From Octopus bimaculoides (lineage: Eukaryota), in NCBI RefSeq assembly GCF_001194135.2, contig NC_068983.1, positions 31,502,286 through 31,556,962 of the forward strand: a stretch of DNA of 54,677 nt, written 5' to 3'. Below the pieces are notes generated by a model, which saw only the letters and a list, made by a program, of their open reading frames with translations, searched no databases and was not told the DNA's origin. Each line of letters begins with the position of its first letter. Position 1 is the first letter of the stretch. Both the position numbers and the translations under genes were made by a program. Positions 12,537 through 25,258 of the stretch are shown here, piece by piece.

Positions 12537-13299
12537 GCATACACACACACACACACACATACATACATACATACATACATACATACATACATACATACAT
12601 ACATACATGCATGCATATACATACATACAAACATACAAGTATGTATTTATATGTATGCATGTATAAAAATATATATACATGTATACATACATGCATGCAT
12701 AAGTTTGTATGTATGTATGTATGTATGTATATGTGTGTGTATACTATCTGACAAAACAAGAAAAAGCTACACCATAGACACCCTTGTGTAATTAAACTTG
12801 ATACTGAAAGAATAGTATATAAGCTAGATGGCTAGCTCTAATACGTTAATATCCATTAACGATCAAATTTATACATTCGTGACGAAATTTGAAGTGGACG
12901 ATAGAACAGATCCATAGAACAGATCCATAAAAATACCACGTTTCTCCTTAAAGGACCAAAACTAAATTTTCTAATTAAATGTCAATTAGGTTAATTGGCA
13001 CCTACAGCTGTAGGTAGAAGGAGCAAGAAAACATTAGAAAGAGCAACTTGAAAAGGATAGTACTTCAACCTAAGCGAGCTTCAAAGAAAACAGAAGCAAT
13101 GTGGAAACAACTAGGAAGTGGAGTGAAATCCCTCAAGACACTGCTATTTCTAATAGGAGGATAAAGACCTTGGGGCACTTGAAGAATGATGATAAGGTCA
13201 ATTGATTCCCACCTTTCCTAAAGAATAACCCGCGCCCTGCAGGTACTATCCTTACGCCCTCACCCGAAAATACTGGCTTTCTGCTAAAATTTGAAACAA

Positions 13300-13390
<91 letters not shown>

Positions 13391-13469
13391 GATATGTCCA
13401 CTTGAAAGGCAGTTCAAAATAATGTGTTGTGTACATCATTTATGATAGGTTTATGTACACACATGACAT

Positions 13470-13724
13470 TAGCATGTAAACGTAGATAGTGATAAAATTT
13501 AATTTAAAAAGACGTCGTGTAAATAATCTATTTGAACAAAATGTTTCAACTCGTATTATTTACAAATATTACTTACAAGTATTATTTACTTACTTACAAG
13601 TTTCAAGTAACCGACTTGATGTATATCTCTTAAATACGCTAGCAATCTACCATCTGCGAAGCAGACGACATAAATCTGACCCATGTTACGAGCATCAACC
13701 AATCATGGGCTAATATCTATCTCG

Positions 13725-13789
<65 letters not shown>

Positions 13790-14951
13790 TTTCTCCTATT
13801 TTCCCTTTGTGTATGTATGTGTGCGTGTTCTTGTTATCGTTTTTGTTGTAACATCATAAGATGTAATTTTAGGAATATTTTTTTACGTTAGGTCGGATTA
13901 TCGCTTAGAGTGTTCCCCTCCCACACATCTGTTTTTACTGATTTAAGTGAAATACAAAAGACTAAAATAGTCAGTTAAAATATCTTCAGAAGAAACTAAC
14001 CCCGAAACACTTATGCCAAACGATTGAAAGACGAAATCCTTTGTAAAATACTGTTAAAACGTAAAACTGCTAAATGGTAAAAATAAACAGCTTGTATTTA
14101 GAGAAACAGAATGTGAGGTTTCTTGTGATATACCTGTGCTGCAGTTACAATGGAGATTGACATAATTATGACTGGCTAATGTGCAATGTTCCTTCCACCA
14201 CACCAAATATATATATGTTTTCCAACGCATGAAGATTACATTGAAATAATCTATTTGAACAAAATATTTAAATCTGTACAAAATAAGATGTATTCTTGTT
14301 TACATACTTACAAGTTTCAAGCAGGACACCTGATTGATATACCACTGTTAAGTGCAACAGAGGTCCTATCGTTCCAAAGCAGACGACATACTTGCGACAA
14401 ACACTGACTAATAAACGTCCATTAACGTTCAGGTGTGATTTTATAAATATTTTAGTTATTTCTAGCAAGTCAAGCGACTGCATTGAGATTTTTCCTTGTA
14501 TACCAATGGGTATACTCATTCACAATTCACACACACACACACACACACACNNNNNNNNNNNNNNNNNNNNNNNNNNNNNNNNNNNNNNNNNNNNNNNNNN
14601 NNNNNNNNNNNNNNNNNNNNNNNNNNNNNNNNNNNNNNNNNNNNNNNNNNNNNNNNNNNNNNNNNNNNNNNNNNNNNNNNNNNNNNNNNNNNNNNNNNNN
14701 NNNNNNNNNNNNNNNNNNNNNNNNNNNNNNNNNNNNNNNNNNNNNNNNNNNNNNNNNNNNNNNNNNNNNNNNNNNNNNNNNNNNNNNNNNNNNNNNNNNN
14801 NNNNNNNNNNNNNNNNNNNNNNNNNNNNNNNNNNNNNNNNNNNNNNNNNNNNNNNNNNNNNNNNNNNNNNNNNNNNNNNNNNAATATACAATATATATTC
14901 AATATAATATATATGTATAATATATATATTATGTATATATTACATATTAAA

Positions 14952-14996
<45 letters not shown>

Positions 14997-15650
14997 CTAT
15001 ACATATACTGTGAGTGTGTGCGCGCGCACATGCATGCGTGTTTGTGTGTGTGTGTGTGTGCATATAATTTCACGTACTTATATATAGCTGCAAAAGCCTG
15101 CAAACGTAGATTTGAGGTGTAAATTTAAATTTATTTGAAAATACATCATGTAAATAATCAACGTGAACAAAATATTTGAATTCGAACAAAGTAAGGTATA
15201 TTAGGTTATACAAACTTACAAAATTTCAAGCAGGTGGTTTCTCATACCGCTTTTAAATGTCCTAGCCATTTTGTCGTCTACAAAGCAGACGACTGTCCCA
15301 TGTGATGAAACCAACCAATCAGACTCTAGCGTTTACCGTCGTACGCTGATGATGATTGACGTGTTCAACACCGGTCGAAGCGTTCCAGCTTTGATCGTTT
15401 TTTCTTGTTAAGTGGGTCTAGAACTACGTTATATAATGCAGCATCTTATCTTGTTTAACATGACATGGCACGATTTTAGGAATATTCGGCGACTATAGCT
15501 AGCAGGTTGAACAGTTTTCTCTCGCTGTTTTGTTTACATGATATATGTACGATACGATAGCGTAAATTTATTAGTGAAATATCTTCAGAAAACTAACACG
15601 AAACATTTAACCTGTTAATGATTAAAAGTCATTGTAAATACCATAGAGGT
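13470..15650. repeat. Old local triplication: three diverged ~200-bp cassettes plus a second duplicated block
   Basis: Shared aaataatc..ttgaacaaaat.ttt ... acttacaa(g)tttcaag ... aagcagacgac ... (c)caatc at ~13521-13703, 14244-14412 and 15152-15319. The block ttttaggaatatt...aaatatcttcagaa(g)aaactaac..cgaaaca recurs at ~13867-14050 and ~15475-15640. Confidence 0.85.
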
Positions 15651-15754
15651 GTACAACTCAACGATATAGAATAAAATTAAAATTGCGTTTCGAGTAAAGG
15701 TTTCTTGCGAAATGGCTGCGCTTCAGTTATTGCAGAGATGAACATCTTCACGAC

Positions 15755-15926
15755 TCACCGAAATGCAATACGCCTTTCACAAGACCAAACCATTATTTTT
15801 CTTCTTTTTTCATCATTTGGGGGTCGATAAAACAAGTACCAGTTGAGTACTAGGGTCGATGTAATTGAATATCCCCTCCCCCAAATTTCAGACCTTGTGT
15901 CTATTGTAGAAAGGATTATTATTATT
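15755..15926 (+). mobile_element. SINE family B with (ATT)n tail
   Basis: ggggtcgataaaacaagtaccagttgagtactagggtcgatgtaat...aaatttcagaccttgtg..gaaaggattattatt is shared with 23683, 36203 and 42343. Confidence 0.75.
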
Positions 15927-15954
15927 ATATATACGCATAAACATAGATACACAC

Positions 15955-16049
<95 letters not shown>

Positions 16050-17039
16050 CAGACACATATATGTGTATCTATAGTTGAAACGTACTGGTAAATATATGGA
16101 GAACGTGAACCTTCTCCCTGAGAAGGGCCCTAAATTGTCTCTTTCGTGTGACCAGTGTAGCTGTGTCTGCTTCTGGGAGGCAGAACTACGCAGCCACAAG
16201 CATGTTAACAGAAGCGCCACCGCCTACCAACGTGATATCCAACATGGTCTCTGTGTGACAGAATGTGAGGGTTGAACAAGTGCCTTTCGGCATAGCATTC
16301 GGTCGGCCCAAGCATTGTGAGAAAAATCGGATTGATGGAAACTAAAACCTTGTCAAATAGAAAGTACATTATTTATAAACCAAAAGTTGTCGAGCTGCCA
16401 CTCTGTCACATTGATTCTACTTGAGGATTATATTAAGACTAACTGGCCCCGTGCCGTCAAAAATGACGGCTAATTGTAGTATTTCAGATACAAATATGGA
16501 TGGTAAATCAAATTAATACACTTGTGAATATTATCTAGTGGTTGCCTTTTGAGATGTGACATCGATCGTCGTTTGTTACTGAAAGAACACTGATTCACAT
16601 ACTTCCCTTGTACACGCACACTAATACACACAGAGTTGAAATGCTGTTTGATTTTCCTTTTCAGCGTTGAATGTTCACGATCCCACTTCCATTGCACACA
16701 CACACACATACACACACAAACATTCACATACCTCCCTTTTACATACACACACATATATTTACACAGAGTTGAAAAGCTGTTTTGATTTTTTTTTCACCGT
16801 AGAATTTCCATCATCCTACTACCAAGTTTACCATCACCCCTTCCTTTCTTATTCATCTATCACGCCTTCCTTTCTCATTTATATTTTGTGACGGAGAAAA
16901 ACACAAAAGTATTATTATAGTAGATTACGCAGGCTTATGGAATACTATACCTCTTACACGCTAATTCAATCTTTCAAATCATTTAACAACTGGGCGCTTA
17001 TATATCGTTTTCGTTAGGAGAGTAAATTATTATCAATCG

Positions 17040-17410
17040 TGTATGGCCTGTGTGGTAAGAAGTTTGCTTTCAAACCACATAACTCCCTGCTGAGCCCCAC
17101 TGCGTGGCACCTTGGGCAAGTGTCTTCGACTAAAGACTCAGGTCAACCAAAGCTTGTGAGTGGATTTGGTAGATAGAAACTGAAAGAAGCTCGTCGTGTG
17201 TGCGTGTGTGTGTGTATCTTTGTGTCTATGTTTGTCCCCACAACTGCTTTACAGCTTGTGTTGGTGAGTTTACGTCCCTGTAAATTATCAATTCGGCAAA
17301 AGAGACTAATAAAATAAGTACCAGGCTTAAAAAGAAAATAAGTACTAGAATTCCTCAAGGCGGTACTCCAGCATGGCAGAAGTCTAATGACCGAAACAGG
17401 ATAAATAAGA
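17040..17410 (+). mobile_element. SINE family A
   Basis: gtatggcctgtgtggtaagaagtttgc...ccactgcgtggcaccttgggcaagtgtcttc...gagtggatttggtagatagaaactg is colinear with 627-997. Confidence 0.85.
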
Positions 17411-17724
17411 TTTTTTTTTTTAAAGATACGCGCGCGCAGGCACACACACACACACGCACACACACACACACACGCACGCACACGCACACAAATACACATA
17501 CACATGCACAGAGGAAGACAAAAAATGGCTGAGAGCGATTTCAACAGTTGCTGATTGCTACAGAGCCATAACTCGATGCTTCATGCCTATTCCGAGTTCC
17601 TTGCATATAGCCGTCTTGAGATAGATCTGAAATTAACGGGCATTTTAGAAATTAAGAAAGCTATCACAGTATTAGTTGTAGTCAGTGCTCCTATGTTGTT
17701 CCTGATAACATTTGTAGATTAATG

Positions 17725-17756
<32 letters not shown>

Positions 17757-17794
17757 TATACATGTATATATACATACATACAGACAGGCAAACA

Positions 17795-17826
<32 letters not shown>

Positions 17827-19289
17827 GTGGGTGGGGAGAGACAGACAGACAAACAAATAGACTTGTATTATAATACAAAATGTATGAGGCAAAACATCAT
17901 GCAAGTATGAAAAATCTATGTTTCTCAAGTCTTTTGACAGATTTATCTGATTTCAAAATGAATAATAATTTCGCTTTCTGACTAACATGAAATAATGATA
18001 ATATCTATTATCGGTGCTGTTAAACTAAAAGGAAACTATTAGGAAAGCTGAGCCCCAAAATATTCAAACTCAGAGCGCGGGGAAACGAATCTGATCTAAT
18101 TACAACAACTGAGCCATTTCTGCAACACTGCAGTTTGCTTTTCTTTTATTATCGAAAAATCTGAGTAAGATTTGTTTCTCCTTTTAACCATGTGACGTCA
18201 CTCTTTTTGATTTATATCTTTTAATAAATCAAAGATACGACATGTTCAAATATAGTAGATGCCAGTTGTATGTAGAATACTGATTTAAGTTTCAATGGGC
18301 AATCAATAGAACATAATACATCAAAGGGGGAAACAAATAACTGACAGAAATGAACCATGCCAAAATAACCTTAAAAGAAAGATTTCTGTGTTAAAAATGA
18401 ATGAATATCATTATTTGAAACTATTGAATTATAATTCTATCATGTCGATTACCTGAACTTTGATGTAGCAAGTGTCGCTTTAGAAATGAATTACTTTCAT
18501 TCTTTTCAACAATTTTTCATGGAAACCATTAATCCTTCTTTACTGGATATTTTCCCCCCTAATATTACAAGGTTGTGAGTCGTGTCTAAGCAAACCTTTG
18601 ATAAAAGGCATTCCATCCGTGACCATCCCTTATTTGTAGAGGTACCTATAAATACACTATGTAATATGTCGTTCCTTGTTTAAGATAATGTTGAGTGATT
18701 TGGAAGATATTCGGTTGATATTTCTAACTGTTCGAGAGACCGCGTATAAGTTCTCTGTTTAGCTCGATATTATGAAATAGAGAAGAATCATAGGTGACCG
18801 GGCTAAATGAATTACAAAACAGACTACCCTCTGTCTTCTAAAGCAAATCTTCTTGGTTCCGCTTCGCCTTTTGTCTTGAATCTGTTTATAAAATAATTAC
18901 TAATGTTCCATTGATATACAAGCAATCTGTGTCCTGTCTCCATACAGTCTTAACATAAACATCAACGATTCTTTAACCCACACAAACCCTGAATTCAGTG
19001 AGCTGATCATCTGTTGACGGATACCTCTTATCACGAAAGCTCGGTTATGGTAACAGTTAGTAACCACCCTTTGACTTTTCTATATAAGTGTTTTTTTAAA
19101 TAAATATTTTTCATACTATTACTTATAACTTCATCTGCTTCGAGTTCCACAGTTAAAACGATATATATACGTGTGTGTATGTGTGTGTGTGTGTGAGGAT
19201 GTATGTACATGTATGTTTGTATGTACGTATATATGTATGTATGCGTGTGTGCGCGTACACATTCATATAATTTACCGATTTTTTCACAG

Positions 19290-19457
19290 GTTGCCGTCGG
19301 ATTTGGCTACTATCATTTACACCGTCGGTATAAGACAAGGTAATGCCCGCGAATGGGATTTCACATGGAACCAAACACGCCACACAAATGTTGCCGCTGA
19401 AAAGCACATGTTATTAGAAGCTTTGGCACAAACAGAGGTACCGTGGTTATTCTGGAG
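19290..19457 (+). CDS. M1 aminopeptidase exon
   Basis: Bounded by ttttcacAG and GTaagc. Reads (Q)LPSDLATIIYTVGIRQGNAREWDFTWNQTRHTNVAAEKHMLLEALAQTEVPWLFW(R), with the P.dl...vY..gi..G...eW motif. 168 nt, phase 2 to 2. Confidence 0.93.
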
Positions 19458-20464
19458 GTAAGCAGCCCCTGTTTCATCTACCAAATTCGTATGTTTTTGG
19501 GGGGGAGGGTGGTTCTCTTTTTAACTACCAGGAGCACGTTTCTTGTAAAATAATTTCGACGTATTCTTGTCATAAAGGATTACTCGTCTGCTGGTTCTCT
19601 GTGATATGACACGCTACTCTATTTAATACCTGCACACTGGTTCTTGAATGTCTTTCGCGGAGTACACTCTATTGCAAGCATTCTGACCCGATCAAAAGAA
19701 AAAAAACACAGATGCACTAATCTTTGGCTGCCTTTATCGGCCTATCGGAGACATGCTAACCAAACCCACGTTATATTTTGCAGACATTGATCTACAGATG
19801 TTCATTCTGGGCAATAACCATATCAATGTCAACAATTTGGAACGGCCTGCAAACATCATGATCATAGACCAATCTCTTTTGACTTAGTAATTCTGAAAAA
19901 TATGAATATCGAATATTAAGAAAGTATAAATATTGAAAACAAAATGTTTAATATCATATCATAACTACTTTCATTTTGAAATCGGCAAAATCTATATACT
20001 TTGCTGTTCACCAAGACAATAGTTCTATTGTGTTTATTTAAATGTGTGCGTTGTATGCAAGTATGTTAAACATAATGCTTATATCCTAATTGTATACGTG
20101 TTTTATTTCACAATTCAAGAGAGTGTGGCAGTTCTTATAGTCTTTATAGATCTTTCCAGTTTGGTGAAATCGATACTAAGTCGATAATTAACAGATCGAC
20201 TTTATTTATGAAATAATACGCTTTCGTTACAATCTCCTTTAGAAGCCTCTTATAGAAAGATGGACTGAAAGTACTATTAGAGTAAAATATGCATATATTC
20301 ACTTGTGTTTGTATATATGTACATATATATATATATATAGAAGAGGGGAAAAGTTGCAATATCGTCTACTGTAAACCGTATAGCTGTACTAACCACGACA
20401 ATAAAACCGATATTACAACTCTTGACCATCTAGCTTAGTTGACTTGAACTAATTTGCTACGATG

Positions 20465-20536
<72 letters not shown>

Positions 20537-20993
20537 NNNNNNNNNNNNNNNNNNNNNNNNNNNNNNNNNNNNNNNNNNNNNNNNNNNNNNNNNNNNNNNN
20601 NNNNNNNNNNNNNNNNNNNNNNNNNNNNNNNNNNNNNNNNNNNNNNNNNNNNNNNNNNNNNNNNNNNNNNNNNNNNNNNNNNNNNNNNNNNNNNNNNNNN
20701 NNNNNNNNNNNNNNNNNNNNNNNNNNNNNNNNNNNNNNNNNNNNNNNNNNNNNNNNNNNNNNNNNNNNNNNNNNNNNNNNNNNNNNNNNNNNNNNNNNNN
20801 NNNNNNNNNNNNNNNNNNNNNNNNNNNNNNNNNNNNNNNNNNNNNNNNNNNNNNNNNNNNNNNNNNNNNNNNNNNNNNNNNNNNNNNNNNNNNNNNNNNN
20901 NNNNNNNNNNNNNNNNNNNNNNNNNNNNNNNNNNNNNNNNNNNNNNNNNNNNNNNNNNNNNNNNNNNNNNNNNNNNNNNNNNNNNNNNNNNNN
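20537..20993. other. Assembly gap (457 N) inside an aminopeptidase intron; one of about ten N gaps, most next to microsatellites
   Basis: Run of N. Other gaps at ~12047-12398, 14551-14882, 22253-22363, 24745-24754, 25407-26243, 31798-32061, 32611-33134 and 49221-49441. Confidence 0.99.
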
Positions 20994-21530
20994 CTTAGGA
21001 CATGTATAATTACCAACACAGGAACATGTATCATACATCAAAATGAAGCTGGTCCTCTGTGGATCACATCCCTACTTCTTAACATAGTCACCATTTCTCT
21101 CAATAGCAATGTTCCACCTTCGAATGAGAGCATGTATCCCTGCCCCGTAAAATTCTGTTGACTGTTCTTTGAGCCACTTCTTCACTACAGTCTTCACTTC
21201 CTCGTCACTGGAATAATGTTTGCCTCTCAAACCCTCTTTCATGGGGCCGAAGAGATGATAGTCTAGTGACGACGATAGTCCAGTGACGAGGAAGTGAAAA
21301 CTGTAGTGAAGAAGTGGCTCAAAGAACAGTCAACAGAATTTTACGGATCAGGGATACATGCTCTCATTCGAAGGTGGAACATTGCTATTGAGAGAAATGG
21401 TGACTATGTTAAGAAGTAGGGATGTGATCCACAGAGGACCAGCTTCATTTTGATGTATGATACATGTTCCTGTGTTGGTAATTATACCTGTCCTAAGCAA
21501 AATGGCATTTCTTTTTGACTCATCCTCGCA
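20994..21530. mobile_element. Mariner 3'-end foldback (inverted duplication)
   Basis: 20994-21212 and 21279-21497 are reverse complements (219 bp, 4 mismatches). They encode SSDEEVKTVVKKWLKEQSTEFYGSGIHALIRRWNIAIERNGDYVKK*, a mariner transposase C-terminus. The spacer reads DYHLFGPMKEGLRGKHY on the minus strand, and a TIR-like end gcatttctttttgactcatcctcg lies at ~21505-21529. Confidence 0.9.
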
Positions 21531-21927
21531 CATACAGTCTTTCTCACACGCATACGTACACATTCGTACACGCACGCATACATGCTCACTACATTTGTAC
21601 ATGCAAGTAAAGACAACTTTATGCATTCACTCGTATATTATGTGCGCAAACACATATAAGTCGATATATACACATGTACACATTTGTATATGCACACACG
21701 CGTGAAAACACAGCTGCACTCTTAATATAAGTAAAAGGACAGATGAATCAATGAGTCGAAAAAATTTATGTTTTTATTTATTAAACAAAACAAGTGTCAA
21801 AAGGACCAGTCCATGTAGATGCTAATGGACAAGTCGAATATATTTTGACAGTGTTGTATAGTCTAAGCAAATTCTGAAGAGCATAATTATTATTATCGTT
21901 TTCTTTTCTTTCTTTCCATTTGTGCAG

Positions 21928-22009
21928 CCCATTCATGGAATCATTTTCCTCAAAAGACATCATTTCCAGTGTAACTACATACGTCAACAACCAGTATCAG
22001 ATGGAACAG
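21928..22009 (+). CDS. M1 aminopeptidase exon
   Basis: Bounded by ctttccatttgtgcAG and GTgagt. Reads PFMESFSSKDIISSVTTYVNNQYQMEQ. 82 nt, phase 2 to 0, equivalent to the 'F.fs.li..vt..f.t..el.q' exon of M1 peptidases. Confidence 0.85.
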
Positions 22010-22189
22010 GTGAGTAATGGTCACTTATACAAACACAAATCCACACATACATACACAATTCAACACACATAAGTACAAACATAGAAACATCGCCAACGTA
22101 CACACATACGCATATAATAAAGCACAATAAAATACATTACAACACAAACAAAGCGCTACACAAATGCGCACAATGCAATATAAAACACA

Positions 22190-22251
<62 letters not shown>

Positions 22252-22604
22252 NNNNNNNNNNNNNNNNNNNNNNNNNNNNNNNNNNNNNNNNNNNNNNNNN
22301 NNNNNNNNNNNNNNNNNNNNNNNNNNNNNNNNNNNNNNNNNNNNNNNNNNNNNNNNNNNNNNNTCTTCCGATCTCTTTGAGTAACCCATATAGTGTAGGA
22401 ATGTCGTTGTTGGTAGCTTGGAAAGAAAAGATGGAATTATTTTTAAACACCGGACCCTGGTGAAATGCAAGGGCACCCAAGGACTAGGTTGCGGTGAGTT
22501 AGTCTACCACCTAATAAAAAGAATGTTAACTCAGCAGTTTTCCACACAATTTCAGTCTCAATCAAATGGTTGGTCGATTTGAGAATATAGTAGAAGACAC
22601 ACGT

Positions 22605-22988
22605 GGAGGCGCAATGGCCCAGTGGTTAGGGCAGCGGACTCGCGGTCATAGGATCGCGGTTTCGATTCCCAGACCAGGCGTTGTGAGTGTTTATTGAGCG
22701 AAAACACCTAAAGCTCCACGAGGCTCCGGCAGGGGATGGTGGTGAACCCTGCTGTACTCTTTCACCTCAACTTTCTCTTACTCTTACTTCCTGTTTCTGT
22801 TGTGCCTGTAATTCAAAGGGTCAGCCTTGTCACACTGTGTCACGCTGAATATCCCCGAGAACTACGTTAAGGGTACACGTGTCTGTGGAGTGCTCAGCCA
22901 CTTGCACGTTAATTTCACGAGCAGGCTGTTCTGTTGATCGGATCAACTGGAACCCTCGACGTCGTAAACGACGGAGTGCCAACAACAA
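22605..22988 (+). mobile_element. tRNA-derived SINE, family D, near intact
   Basis: A-box TGGCCCAGTGG (22615), B-box GGTTTCGATTCCC (22658-22670) and (CAA)n tail. A reverse 3' fragment of the same family lies at ~52675-52830. Confidence 0.88.
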
Positions 22989-23157
22989 TACACGCACACA
23001 CATAGACATATACACCACACACATACACGAACACACATACACGCCCACACATACAGACATACACGCACACACACATGCACAAACACACATGAATATGTAT
23101 GTATGTATGTATGTATGCATATTCTTATTTAGTCACACAATATTCGATGTTCTAAAT

Positions 23158-23430
23158 CAGGGGTTTTCAAACTTTTTGACTTGCGGACCCCTTTATATTT
23201 CAGAAACGCTTATGAAATTTATACATAAATATTTGCTTAAAATAACATATATTTTTGCATTTATTTATTTAACAGTATTTAACAAATAAGTTTATTGTCA
23301 ATTAAAAGATTTCGATTAAAAAACATATATAAAATCAAATTGCCCATAAAAAGTATTTGCTGTCTACGGACACCCTGTCTTGTCCTTGCGGACCCCCTGT
23401 AGTCCGCGGACCACATTTTGAAAACCCCTG
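23158..23430. mobile_element. hAT-superfamily MITE
   Basis: Perfect 14-bp TIRs CAGGGGTTTTCAAA / TTTGAAAACCCCTG, flanked by an identical 8-bp TSD TTCTAAAT (23150-23157, 23431-23438), with subterminal gcggacc(cc) repeats. Confidence 0.93.
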
Positions 23431-23682
23431 TTCTAAATCATGCGGTTACTTACAAATATTCGATTAGCTAAACCCAACAGCTTTACCCTTGAAAATTATC
23501 AACAATAGAATTGCATTGTTCAAGAACTTTTATACCTAGTAAGTCTTTTCTACCTCGCTGTAAATATGTCATAAAGAGTAGATACAACTCAATATTGAAG
23601 AAAATAAAAATAGCTTGTTTTAGTTTTTGATTTTTGTTTGTTTTGGGTGTTGTTATAAAAATTAGGTGGTATACGTCATACA

Positions 23683-23851
23683 GTGAGCTGGCAGAATCGT
23701 TAGCACGCCGGAAAACTGCTTAGCGACATTTTGTCCGCTTCATCCTTTTAGGGTCGATAAAATAAGTGGCAGTTGGGCACTAGGATCGATGTAATCGATT
23801 TATCTCCTTCCTGATATTGCTGGCCTTGTGCTAAAATTTGAAATCAATATT
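23683..23851 (+). mobile_element. SINE family B
   Basis: gtgagctggcagaatcgttagcacgccgg...catccttttagggtcgataaaataagt...ggccttgtgctaaaatttgaaa. Confidence 0.78.
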
Positions 23852-24539
23852 TCTTACTTTTATTTAAGACTTTCTCTAAGACAATACATAATAGCGTCTT
23901 CAAAAGTATGCATTTAACCATAATGTAATCACTACTAAAGGAAGTCACTGTGTTTAAACAAAAACTAAAATTAATTAGATGAAGGTACTGTTTAAGGAAA
24001 ACATAATTAATTAACTGAAGCTACTATTCAAAAAATTCGACTAATTAAATGAAGTCACTATTTTAAAAATGGAACTAATTAAATTAATTCATTCTTAAAA
24101 ACAAGAATTAAATAAAATTGTTTTCTAAAATAAAATAAACATAACCAAAGAAGAAATAAAAGGAAGCATGGTTGAAAAGAAAGGGTAGAGCTCATCTAAT
24201 TTAGGTTACAGTCGATTCGTATTTTGTCACCGTTATGGCATTATTTCCATGATCAAGACATTTTAATTCCTTCAACAGCTGAATCTTCCTAGATACAAAA
24301 TGCGCAATAATGCGGTGTGGTATGACGAGTTTTCCATGAAATTAATGAATAGTTCTTTGGCTTGCAGGGCTGACTGAAAATTCTCCAGTCAGAAACGTTG
24401 TCTGCAAGAGACTGGCGTTCTACCAAGAGAGATCTGTTTCTCATCCGCTTAACGTCAGATAAACCAGAGATGCAACGGCCCAGTGAAATTCAAATGCTTG
24501 CGAAGGTGTTACGGAGAATGGTGGGAAGAGAGACAGAAA

Positions 24540-24754
24540 GGAAGAAAGAGAGAGAGAGAGAGAGCGAGACAGGCAGACACAGAGAGAGAGAGACAGACAG
24601 AGAGAGAGTGACAGAGGGAGAGAGAGAGAGAAAGAGAGAGAGAGAGAAATAGAGAGGGAGAGAGAGAGAGAGAAAGAGAGAGAGAGAAAGAGAGAGGGAG
24701 AGAGAGAGAGGGAGAGAGAGATAGTGAGGGAAATAGAGAGACTANNNNNNNNNN

Positions 24755-24795
<41 letters not shown>

Positions 24796-24850
24796 AGAGA
24801 GAGGGAGAGAGAGAGAGGGAGAGAGAGATAGTGAGGGAAATAGAGAGACT
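24540..24850. repeat. Polypurine (GA)n-rich tract spanning a small gap
   Basis: (GA)n and (GGGA)n runs. The motif gagagatagtgagggaaatagagagacta occurs on both sides of the 10-N gap, so an assembly duplication is possible. Confidence 0.9.
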
Positions 24851-24976
24851 AAGAGGGGAGAGTAAGAGCGAAAGATATTCATATTTAGAATATGAAAATA
24901 TTTGCAACAAAACGTTTTGTTTCTGTTTTTTCTTACTGTTTGTGATGTGCTTTATTTAAAATTGTCATTGTTTTAG

Positions 24977-25050
24977 TTGACAGAGTTGTTCCACAAAAGT
25001 CCAGCAATGGATGCTAAAATTACTGTAAACAATGCTCTTGAAATCATGAG
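24977..25050 (+). CDS. M1 aminopeptidase exon
   Basis: Bounded by cattgttttAG and GTacgt. Reads LTELFHKSPAMDAKITVNNALEIM(R). 74 nt, phase 0 to 2, bridging the flanking exons in frame; corresponds to 'l..f......a..qalE.i.'. Confidence 0.82.
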
Positions 25051-25095
25051 GTACGTTTATTTTTCTTTTCATTGACTTGACTTACTTCAACACGC

Positions 25096-25126
<31 letters not shown>

Positions 25127-25258
25127 TGTTATGTATGTATGTATGTATGTATGTATGTATGTATGTACGTACGTATGTATGTATGTACGTACGTATGTAT
25201 GTATGTATGTATGTATGTATGTATGTATGTACGTACGTACGTACGTATGTATGTATGT

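Noticed and set aside
15220-15269. MART.. start resembling histone H3
   Set aside because: It diverges after four residues (MARTFKSG versus MARTKQTARKS) and is followed by a splice donor.
14304-15293. Plus-strand reading of the triplicated cassette as a U1-like or Sm-class snRNA (ATACTTAC start, ATTTTG plus 3' hairpin)
   Set aside because: Similarity to U1 ends after 8 nt and the Sm-like site exists in only one copy. ACTTAC is more simply the reverse complement of a splice donor.
8666-15650. CRISPR-like interpretation of the spaced repeats
   Set aside because: Eukaryotic intron, repeats degenerate and long, spacers homologous to one another, and no cas genes.
22605-22680. tRNA gene candidates here and at 45090-45162
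   Set aside because: A and B boxes are present, but the sequences continue into SINE bodies found in multiple copies and lack a full acceptor stem.
24977-24984. Second AG 7 nt into the 74-nt exon as an alternative acceptor
   Set aside because: It would shift the frame, and nothing in the sequence supports its use.
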